Positions 1 through 7,872 of a stretch of DNA of 64,000 bases are shown here, one piece after another (position 1 is the first letter of the stretch; the number at the start of each line of letters is the position of its first letter). The position numbers and the translations under genes were made by a program. The stretch is from an uncultured Lachnospiraceae bacterium (lineage in GTDB: Bacteria > Bacillota > Clostridia > Lachnospirales > Lachnospiraceae). The notes beneath the pieces were generated by a model. The model was not told where the DNA came from. It did no database searches and saw only the letters and a list, made by a program, of their open reading frames with translations. The stretch covers positions 3,931 to 67,930 of the forward strand of contig CANRBX010000001.1 in assembly GCA_947628955.1 (NCBI GenBank), written 5' to 3'.

Positions 1-2573
1 GTCTCTGCATAATTGTCAATATCATAAATGGCATTTGCCCTCTGCTTTTCTCCGGCCATGCTGACACAGAGTTCGTATCCTATCTTCTTGTATGCCTTTA
101 GCCTTGCCGCGTACATTTTATCGAATTTTGGAATGTGGCTGTCCACATAATCGTACACTATGACATTTTCTTTTCCCTCATAGTCCCTGTTGAGACGGCC
201 GACATATTGCTCTACCACGTTTTCTCCTGAAACCGGAGTCGCCATAAACAAGGTATCCAATCTCGGATAATCAAATCCTTCTCCAAGCAGAGAGCCTGTT
301 CCTACAAGGATAAGACTTTCTGAATCAGCCACTGCATTCAGCTCTGCCACCTGCGACCTGCGCGCTTTTGTACCGTCAGCGCCTGTCAGCAGGATCAGCC
401 TGTCAGCATATTTTTTCAGCTTCTCAGACAGCTTTCTGGCATGGTCAACATATTTAGTCAGTACAACAGGAGTTCGCCCGTTTTTCACACAGTCCGCCAC
501 GTCCCTGATAATCTGCTCATCGCGAACATCATTATTCCTTATCAGTTCATAGGCATCATTGCCATACGGAGTCTTAGACAGACGATGCGGCTTTACCGTG
601 CGTGTGAAACGGGGATATACCAGATGATCGATATTCTGCTCTCTGGCTCTGTCCTTTGCCGTAAACCTGTACCTGACAGGGCCAAGAAGAAATTCATTTA
701 TCTTTTCCTTGCCATCTCCGCGTTTCGGTGTTGCCGTCACACCATACACATATTTTGCATTGATTGCCTGAAGCACTTCAATTGCGCTGTCTGAAGCAGC
801 ATGATGACATTCGTCAAAATATACCTGCGCGTACTCCTTAAGCATAGGATGGAAACCGTCTTTCTTTTTCAGGGAACGGATCATTGCTACGTCCACTATC
901 CCCGTCAGAGTATCATGTGTTCCCTGGAGATTTCCGATCAATGACTTTCTTTTCCTCGTCTGACCGGTTTTTGTTTTGTATTCCGGAAACTCCTCACTGA
1001 TATCCAGAAACTCATCCAGACGTCTGAGCCATTGATTCATCAGATCCGTCCGATCTACAAGTATCAGGGTATTCACGCCTCTCCTCGCGATCATGCTGCA
1101 GCATACTACCGTTTTTCCGAACGCTGTGGCGGCATGAAGTATACCGGTTTCATTTTCAAGCATTGACTCTACAGCCGGTATCTGCGACTCTCGCAGTTCT
1201 CCCTTAAACGAAACACGGATCTTCCGGCCATCTGTGCGTTTGTCCTCTATTTCATATCGGACTCCGGCTTTATCAAAACGCTTCAGAAGATCTTCCCTGA
1301 GCCCCCGCGGCAGGACAATATATTTTCCCTCATCAGCTCCAAGGTAAATGAATCTTGACTCATCATAATTGGGTATATCCATTGCCTGGTTCTGGAAATA
1401 CTGCCTGCTTGAGAATGCTGCCATTCGGCGCAGCTGCCTCTTTATCTTATTGGATATTCCGGAGGAATCTATATAGATACGGTCAGACAATACGATATGC
1501 ACAGTACCTTTCACGCCGCCTGCGTCTATCTCCGGATCCTTATTCCATGGAGCATCGTTATCATCCGCTTCTCCTGTGCCTCCTGCGCAATACCACAGGG
1601 AAAGATAATCTTCTATCTCCTGTCTGCTTAATCTTTTCGTGCCTGCAAGTACTTTTAACTGATCCTCATATGCGTTCCAGTTATCATCGACAAAAGCACT
1701 GTTGCCCGCTTTCAGAGCCTGGCCCTGCAGCGGAAGCGCAATGACATTGCCAAGACCTCCCTCCGGAAGGACATCCTGATTCGGTATCATACGGTCATAG
1801 TACTTGAAAGACTTTAGATTTACAGATTCCGCGCCCTTCTCAAGCAATGCAAAGCCAAATCTCCTGGCCAGTCTGGCCGGAATCATCTCCTTAAAGAATA
1901 TCCAAAGATGCGCGCCTCGCCCCGATCTCGACCGTTCCGTCAAAGCGTCTATATTAAGATTCCTGCAAATACGGCGCAAGGCATTTATCTCTTCTTTCCA
2001 GTTATCATCATTATTCGCGTGGTCTTTCTGCTCCGCCCCTTTTGCGTGATTATCAAAATCAAATACAAGCAGCTGGCAAAGATTGTTCTCCAGCGTCGGA
2101 TAAATTGCTACCACATCATTCCCATTTGGATCTGCGCCAGTCATATGTGCCTTTATGAGCGGCAGTGTGATTGGTTTATATGCCTTTAACTCACAGTCTT
2201 TACATCGGACACCATCTTTTTTCTGTATATGGCAGCCCCGATCCCATCGATTAAAACATTGCGTATAATACCCGTTTTTTCCTGTCTTCGGATTTGTATA
2301 ACGGAGGTCAAACACATCTTTCCTTCCACGGCAGAACATCATAAAAAAATTATTGGCAATCTTATCCGTAACTTCAAATTTCTTTATTCTGGCTCCCTGA
2401 TCCGGATCGTAAATATCTGCAGATTCATTATTGTTGTCCCTTACAATATCTGCATACGAAATCCCGGCTTCATCAAGGCGCTTTTTCAGAAGCAGGTTTT
2501 CATTTTCCAGTGCCTCAATCCTTGACAGCAGCTCTCCTGCTGCATCTGTTTGATGTTTTTTCAACTCTTCCAT
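1..2573 (-). CDS. Archaeo-eukaryotic primase (TOTE-type) domain fused to SF2 DEAD/DEAH helicase; 3' end beyond the window
   Basis: Absent from the ORF track because it has no stop in the window. Manual translation of segments gives MEELKKHQ..., a Cys cluster (CFNRW...CHIQ...CKDC), AEP motifs LVFDFDNH and ERSRSGRGAHLWIFF, LGNVIALPLQG, Walker A AATAFGKT and DECHH. Start and window-edge segments are in the same frame; GGGAGG lies upstream of ATG 2573. Confidence 0.85.
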   Translation of the reverse strand, partial: MEELKKHQTDAAGELLSRIEALENENLLLKKRLDEAGISYADIVRDNNNESADIYDPDQGARIKKFEVTDKIANNFFMMFCRGRKDVFDLRYTNPKTGKNGYYTQCFNRWDRGCHIQKKDGVRCKDCELKAYKPITLPLIKAHMTGADPNGNDVVAIYPTLENNLCQLLVFDFDNHAKGAEQKDHANNDDNWKEEINALRRICRNLNIDALTERSRSGRGAHLWIFFKEMIPARLARRFGFALLEKGAESVNLKSFKYYDRMIPNQDVLPEGGLGNVIALPLQGQALKAGNSAFVDDNWNAYEDQLKVLAGTKRLSRQEIEDYLSLWYCAGGTGEADDNDAPWNKDPEIDAGGVKGTVHIVLSDRIYIDSSGISNKIKRQLRRMAAFSSRQYFQNQAMDIPNYDESRFIYLGADEGKYIVLPRGLREDLLKRFDKAGVRYEIEDKRTDGRKIRVSFKGELRESQIPAVESMLENETGILHAATAFGKTVVCCSMIARRGVNTLILVDRTDLMNQWLRRLDEFLDISEEFPEYKTKTGQTRKRKSLIGNLQGTHDTLTGIVDVAMIRSLKKKDGFHPMLKEYAQVYFDECHHAASDSAIEVLQAINAKYVYGVTATPKRGDGKEKINEFLLGPVRYRFTAKDRAREQNIDHLVYPRFTRTVKPHRLSKTPYGNDAYELIRNNDVRDEQIIRDVADCVKNGRTPVVLTKYVDHARKLSEKLKKYADRLILLTGADGTKARRSQVAELNAVADSESLILVGTGSLLGEGFDYPRLDTLFMATPVSGENVVEQYVGRLNRDYEGKENVIVYDYVDSHIPKFDKMYAARLKAYKKIGYELCVSMAGEKQRANAIYDIDNYAE

Positions 2574-2657
2574 GGTGAATGTGTCCTCCCTTTCAATCAG
2601 GTCCTCAATGTAGTCAAAGCAGCCCGTCACTGCCCGCTCCAGTTGCCGAATCTGTTT
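2562..2657 (-). pseudogene. Remnant of a RhuM-family protein, in frame with the primase-helicase start
   Basis: Translates KQIRQLERAVTGCFDYIEDLIEREDTFTMEEL, resembling a conserved C-terminal RhuM segment as I recall it. An in-frame stop lies just upstream. Confidence 0.55.
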
Positions 2658-2745
2658 TATCCATCATTCATCATTTTTTAAACAATCTGGTGTTCATCCG
2701 TTAACTGCTTTGCCAATTCTCTTGTCTGACCGGACGGGAAGAAGA

Positions 2746-3141
2746 TCATATTTTTGGCGGCACCTGCGGAAGAGAAAAATCCCGGGATCCCAGGATCAGT
2801 TTTTCACCACCTTCTTCGAGTTTTCCCGCCAGTCTTACCACATCCGGACACAGGTGTTGTCCGTCGGAATCCACCGTGATCACGCCAGCGTACTCATTAT
2901 AATTGAAAGAACTCCTGTAATACGAAAGACCGGTCCGGAGCGCCTTGCCTTTTCCCTCATTTTTTTCATGAGTCAGAACAATGCAGCCCATATCCCGAAG
3001 CCGGTCAAATAACAGGCCGCTCCTGCTTCCGTCATTGACAACAATGATATCACGGAAGCCGTTTTCCATAAGCTGCCTTACATATTCTATGATAACAGGC
3101 GGCGGATCTAATGCCGGAATCAAAATCACAGATTTTTTCAT
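2746..3141 (-). pseudogene. Glycosyltransferase family 2, C-terminally truncated (131 aa)
   Basis: GT2 motifs ILIPAL, IVVNDGS, NEGKGKAL, TVDSDGQH, LILGSRDF; ends abruptly at VPPKI* before the GT-A fold is complete. Confidence 0.8.
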
Positions 3142-3284
3142 GACAGCCCTGCCTCCGCCGGATTTTTCTTTTAGTCTCAGTGCGGCCGAAAATGGAAATT
3201 TTCAGCCGCATCTCAGTATAACACAAAAAATTCCTTTGCACAACATGATAAATCCTTGAGTTGAGCGGTATTTCCGCAGCAGCT

Positions 3285-3337
3285 TGAATCACTTTCTTAC
3301 GGCCTCAGCAGCGAGTGCTTCGGCCTGGTCTGAACAG
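3285..3337. repeat. Partial copy of a dispersed palindromic (REP/MITE-like) element
   Basis: 53 bp matching 60507..60559 with 3 mismatches (tgaat[c/t]actttcttacggcctcagcagc[g/a]agtgcttcggcctggtc[t/c]gaacag). Confidence 0.85.
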
Positions 3338-3569
3338 CAGCTCCTGCTTCAGGCCGGTGTCCGACCGCTGCTCGAACCAGTGCAGATAGGTGTCCGGGAA
3401 GGCATAGCCGACCTTCTGGACTTCGACGTTCGCGATGCTCCCGTCGCCGAGCTGAACCACAATGTCCATCACGAGCAGGGACTGCTCGTCCGCGAGGCGC
3501 GGCGACTCGTTCTGGAGCACAGTGCGGATCTGCACGTCCGTCCCGAGCAGGAGCGAGAGCAGGCGGTTG
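3335..3569 (-). pseudogene. Deleted second copy of the Rpn/PD-(D/E)XK nuclease gene
   Basis: Near-identical to two separate pieces of 6308..7372 (RLLSLLLGTDV...KVGYAFP joined directly to DTYLHWFEQRSDTGLK); both termini missing. Confidence 0.9.
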
Positions 3570-3772
3570 ATATCATAAAAGCAGAAAAACATCCAGGATT
3601 TTCGTTCGACTGGATTCGACTCTAACTCAACTCTGATTCGACGCTGGCTCAATTTAATTCAACACGAATTCGATGCCAACCCAGTTTTAACTCGTTCTAA
3701 TTCAACACAAATTCATTCTAACTCAACGCGTTGAATTAAAATAAAAATTTAACTCGACAAATGAATTAAAAT
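3570..3772. repeat. AT-rich micro-repeat block, copy 1
   Basis: Homologous to 7434..7700; built from ctaactcaac, attcgac, aattcaacac and gaattaaaat units; 12-bp palindrome tcaacgcgttga at 3723..3734. Confidence 0.9.
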
Positions 3773-3783
3773 GGAGTTATAAT
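3754..3783 (+). promoter_or_regulatory. Putative sigma-A promoter for the Schlafen/AlbA gene
   Basis: tcgaca-18 nt-tataat; the -35 lies inside the repeat block. Confidence 0.45.
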
Positions 3784-3815
3784 GACATTAAATAGAACAC
3801 GGAGAGGTGGTAAGT

Positions 3816-5477
3816 ATGCGAACAATCCCGTTAGTTGAAAGCCTGGAAATAGAATTTAAGAGTGATCAGAAATGTTATCCGGATCATGATCTGATCGAAG
3901 AGATTGTTGGAATGACAAATGCAGTTGGCGGCATCCTGTATCTTGGAGTGGAGGATGACGGCAACATTACAGGGGTCCACAAAAAACATAAGGATGCGCT
4001 GGGAGTCACTGCACTGATCGCAAACAGTACAGTTCCTCCGGTTTCAGCGAGAGCGGAAGTTATCACGGAAGAAGATCAGGAGATTCTGAAGATAGAAGTT
4101 CCGAGAAGCCGTGGAATCGTGTCAACTGCTTCCGGGAAGATCCTTCGGAGACGTCTGAAGCTGGATGGGAGCCCTGAAGTCGTTCCGATGTATTCTTACG
4201 AGATTCCGTCGAGACTGTCAGAACTGGGACTGCTCGACTTCTCTTCTCAGCCACTGGCGGGCGCGGCCCTTGAAGATCTGGATCCGAACCAGCACGCGAG
4301 ATTGCGCAGAATCATTCAGACGAGACAGGGTGGGGAGAAAGCACTCCTGGAACTGTCGGACGATGAATTGGATATTGCCCTTCGCATGGTGACGAAAGCT
4401 GGTGAAAACTATGTTCCGACCGTAACTGGGATGTTGCTTCTCGGCAAAGAAGAACGCATTGCGGAACTGATGCCGACGGCGAGGTCTTCGTTTCAGGTGC
4501 TTGAAGGAACGAAAATACGCATGAACGATGAGAGCAGCAAACCGCTGCTGGAACTGTTTGAGAACTATGAAACGTATGTGAAAGCCTGGAATCCGGAGCG
4601 GGAAGCGGAGTATGGATTGTTTCGGATTCCGATTCCGGAGTTTGACTGGGCTGCTTTTCGTGAAGGACTGGTAAATGCATTTTGCCACAGGGATTACACG
4701 GTACTTGGAACCGTGCGTGTGTTGATCGATGATGAGGGCATGGTCATCAGCAATCCGGGAGGGTTTATTGATGGAGTGAATCTGAAAAACCTGTTAACAG
4801 TTGAACCGCACGGGAGAAATCCGGCGCTTGCCGATGCGATGAAAAGGATAGGTCTTGCGGAAAAGACGGGCAGAGGGATCGATCGGATTTTTGAAGGTTC
4901 CATTTTGTATGGGCGCCCATGGCCGGACTACACAGAATCCACCAGCAGAGCGGTCAAGCTGTTTATCCAGAGAGCAAAAGCAGATGTGCATTTCGCAAAA
5001 TTCATTGCTGACGAACAGAACCGGCAGGGAAAACCCTTATCGATCTATACTTTGATGATCCTGTCTGTTCTGAATACCGAGCGAAGAAGTACCGTCGACA
5101 GGATCGTAGAGATCACGAACCTGAGCGAAAATAAAGTGCGTTCTTCGATTGAGAACATGATAGAACTCGGGTTGGTCGAGGCATCCGGAAAAGGAAAAAG
5201 CCGTACCTTTATCCTCGGCCGGAAGGTATATCGCGAAAATAAGGAGACGATCCAATATATTCGGCAGACGGATATTGACGATATACGGTATCCGGAACTG
5301 GTAATGAAACTTGCGAGTACACAGAATGGGATTATCAGCAAACAGGATGTTGCGGAACTGCTGAAAGTATCCACGCCGCAGGCTTACCGCATTATCAGAC
5401 AACTGGAGGAGGAAGGAAAGATAGAGCTTCTTTGCCGGGGAAGACATTCGAAGTATCGGTTGAAACAGGATTTTTGA
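3816..5477 (+). CDS. Schlafen/AlbA_2 domain + HATPase-like (RecG-C type) domain + C-terminal HTH protein
   Basis: ESLEIEFK...MTNAVGGILYLGVEDDG (AlbA_2); REGLVNAFCHRDY, ISNPGGF, RNPALA, EKTGRGIDRIF; two wHTH-like C-terminal segments; GGAGAGGT before ATG 3816. Confidence 0.85.
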   Translation: MRTIPLVESLEIEFKSDQKCYPDHDLIEEIVGMTNAVGGILYLGVEDDGNITGVHKKHKDALGVTALIANSTVPPVSARAEVITEEDQEILKIEVPRSRGIVSTASGKILRRRLKLDGSPEVVPMYSYEIPSRLSELGLLDFSSQPLAGAALEDLDPNQHARLRRIIQTRQGGEKALLELSDDELDIALRMVTKAGENYVPTVTGMLLLGKEERIAELMPTARSSFQVLEGTKIRMNDESSKPLLELFENYETYVKAWNPEREAEYGLFRIPIPEFDWAAFREGLVNAFCHRDYTVLGTVRVLIDDEGMVISNPGGFIDGVNLKNLLTVEPHGRNPALADAMKRIGLAEKTGRGIDRIFEGSILYGRPWPDYTESTSRAVKLFIQRAKADVHFAKFIADEQNRQGKPLSIYTLMILSVLNTERRSTVDRIVEITNLSENKVRSSIENMIELGLVEASGKGKSRTFILGRKVYRENKETIQYIRQTDIDDIRYPELVMKLASTQNGIISKQDVAELLKVSTPQAYRIIRQLEEEGKIELLCRGRHSKYRLKQDF

Positions 5478-5496
5478 CTTTTCCAACCAGAGCGAT

Positions 5497-6206
5497 TATG
5501 AGAAGAAGGTGAATAAGGCGGTGCAGGTGTCCCAGGCGATTTTTGGAACGAGGCGAAGGATATCAGTAATTCAACTTGTGTAGCGAAAATGGACAGGGAA
5601 CTGGAAGCAAGGGGGCTGCGGTTCACGAGATATGCAGACGACTGTGTAATTGCAGTCAGAAGTGAATCGAGTACAAAGCGGGTCTTGCGGACAGTGACGG
5701 ACTGGATTCGGAGGAAACTGGGATTAAAGGTCAACATGACCAAGACTCATATCACAAGGCCGTCGAAACTGAAATATCTGGGTTTTGGATTTTTACAAAG
5801 ACGGCAAAGAAAAAGAATGGCGATGCAGACCACATCAGGATTCTGTGAAGAAGTTCAAAAGAAAGTTGAAAGAACTGACCTGTAGGAAAATGCCCGGGAC
5901 GGTCACAGGAAAGATTGCGAAGATTGATCAGGTGACAAGAGGGTGGATAAACTATTATGCCCTCGGCTCCATGAAAACAGCAATGACAGGAATCGACGCA
6001 CATTTGAGGACGAGGCTTAGAGTCATCATCTGGAAACAGTGGAAAGTACCGGAGAAACGACAATGGGGACTGCAGAAGCTAGGAATCGGGTAAGTTGCCT
6101 TGACTATTACAATGCGCGTCATGCTTTGAAGCTATGTTGAACCGCCGTATGCCGAACGGCATGTACTGGTGGTGTGAGAGGGCGGAGAGAACCCGCCCTA
6201 CTCAAT
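5497..6206 (+). mobile_element. Degenerate group II intron (class IIC-like): RT/maturase fragments plus domains V-VI
   Basis: DRELEARGLRFTRYADD (RT5), frameshift near 5785, maturase RGWINYY...RTRLRVIIWKQWK, stranded tail CLDYYNARHALKLC*, DV gaaccgccgtatgccgaacggcatgtactggtggtgtgagagg from 6139, DVI ending ctactcaat at 6206. The 5' ribozyme and most RT domains are absent. Confidence 0.88.
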
Positions 6207-6307
6207 AAACGGAGTTTCATACCCGTCTCCGCGGATCAGGATGCCCGGCATCCAGTCCGGGAACCGGCTCATCTGGGAGCAGACTCTCTTTTTTAGGGCA
6301 GGATCGA

Positions 6308-6553
6308 TCAGACCGGCCTGTCCTGAAGCATTTTCTCCAGCCGGGCGACCTGTTCCTGGAGCTGCTGTAGCAGCGTTTCTTTGTTGTCAAGTTCTGCCTG
6401 CTGGCTGGCTATCTCTGCATTTTTGGTGTCAAGCTCCGCGTTTTTACTGTTGAGCTCCGCCTCCTGACTGGCGACCTTTTCCTTCAGCTCCTCGATCATG
6501 TAATCTACCGTGTTGCGGTCCATGATCCGCAGTTCCTCCGAGAATATTCCCAT
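6308..6553 (-). CDS. Putative nested in-frame small protein (RpnS-like antitoxin, 81 aa)
   Basis: Internal GGAGG (6559..6563) 5 nt before ATG 6553; product MGIFSEELRIMDRN... with 7-aa repeats. Confidence 0.55.
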   Translation of the reverse strand: MGIFSEELRIMDRNTVDYMIEELKEKVASQEAELNSKNAELDTKNAEIASQQAELDNKETLLQQLQEQVARLEKMLQDRPV

Positions 6554-7372
6554 CACGTCCTCCACATTCCGACAGATCCCGTATATCTCGTCGTACATAT
6601 CCCGGAAGTCAGGATAATCCTCCACCAGCCGCGCAACGGTCTCCGGATCATCCTGGCTCAGGAACGCAAGCCATGCCTCTGTCTCATTTCTGATATTCCT
6701 ATTCTGAATCCATTTGCCGAAAATGTCAAGCGGCACGAACAGGTATTTCTGCAGCAGTTCCAGCTTCAGGCCGGTGTCCGAGCGCTGCTCGAACCAGTGC
6801 AGGTAGGTGTCCGGGAAGGCCCGGAACTCGGGAAGGCTCTTCTCGTACAGGACAATCGTGTAGACATTTTTAAGTTTCCGGTAGCTGAACTTCCGACTCT
6901 TCCGCTTCTGCGCCTTGCGGATCCGCCGGTACTGGCGCAGCAGGAGATCGGCGGAGTAGCAGGCGCTGCGCTGCCCCGGGAAAGCGTAACCGACCTTCTG
7001 GACCTCGACGTTCGCGATGCTCCCGTCGCCGAGCCGGACCACGATGTCCATCACGAGCAGGGACTGCTCGTCCGCGAGGCGCGGCGACTCGTTCTGGAGT
7101 ACGGTGCGGATCTGCACGTCTGTCCCGAGCAGGAGCGAGAGCAGGCGGCTGAGGCGCTCCGGGTGATATTCGGGACTCATGACCTCCTTGAAGAAGACAT
7201 CATAGAGGGGCTTGATGCCCTTCGCCCCGGTGCAGAGGTCGAGGAATTCCTCCTGCTGCTGCGGGGTCCATCCGCGAAACCGGCGATCCAGATCCGGCCT
7301 GGAGCAGATCTCCTGCAGCACCTCATCCCTCTCCCGGATTGCCGGGAAATAATCCTTCAGTTTTCCTGCCAT
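6308..7372 (-). CDS. Rpn-family PD-(D/E)XK nuclease ('putative transposase') with coiled-coil tail
   Basis: YDVFFKEVM, VMDIVVRLGDGSIANVEVQK (D...ExQK core); GAGGAGGT before ATG 7372 (354 aa). Confidence 0.88.
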   Translation of the reverse strand: MAGKLKDYFPAIRERDEVLQEICSRPDLDRRFRGWTPQQQEEFLDLCTGAKGIKPLYDVFFKEVMSPEYHPERLSRLLSLLLGTDVQIRTVLQNESPRLADEQSLLVMDIVVRLGDGSIANVEVQKVGYAFPGQRSACYSADLLLRQYRRIRKAQKRKSRKFSYRKLKNVYTIVLYEKSLPEFRAFPDTYLHWFEQRSDTGLKLELLQKYLFVPLDIFGKWIQNRNIRNETEAWLAFLSQDDPETVARLVEDYPDFRDMYDEIYGICRNVEDVMGIFSEELRIMDRNTVDYMIEELKEKVASQEAELNSKNAELDTKNAEIASQQAELDNKETLLQQLQEQVARLEKMLQDRPV

Positions 7373-7433
7373 GCGTACCTCCTCATACAAAATGCTCTTT
7401 ATGTTTATTATAAATGATATGTGTACGAACACT

Positions 7434-7700
7434 ATATCATAAGAGCAGAGAAATATCCAGAGTTTTCGTTCGACCGGATTCGACTCTAACTCAACTCTAG
7501 CTCAATTCTGATTCGACGCTGGTCCAATCTGATTCGACGCTGGCTCAATTTAATTCAACACGAATTCGACGCTAACCCGATTTTAACTCGTTCTAATTCA
7601 ACACGAATTCATTCTAACTCAACGCGTTGAATTAAAATAAAAATCTAACTCAACGCATTGAATTAAAATGAAAAATTTAATTCGACAGATGAATTAAAAT
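7434..7700. repeat. AT-rich micro-repeat block, copy 2 (longer, with extra units)
   Basis: Same sequence as 3570..3772 with extra ctgattcgacgctgg and ctaactcaacgc[g/a]ttgaattaaaat units. Confidence 0.9.
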
Positions 7701-7872
7701 TACTGAGCAGGTGAAAACCGGAAACTTTTTGCTGTTCCTCTGATCCTGGAGACGGTTGATCTTAATTTTGATAAATTCCGGCCTGATAAGTTGATTTTGC
7801 AACGCAAATAGCATATAGTATCTGTAGACTGGAAGAACACTCATATCGCATTGTTACGACAGAAAACAGAGT

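Noticed and set aside
3305-3652. 115-aa functional protein
   Set aside because: A chimaera of the repeat block, deleted Rpn pieces and a dispersed repeat.
5589-6093. Retron, DGR or defence-associated reverse transcriptase
   Set aside because: YADD plus maturase domain plus DV/DVI identify a group II intron, and it is fragmented.
6308-7372. Active IS transposase
   Set aside because: No terminal inverted repeats or DDE motif; the Rpn family is not shown to transpose.
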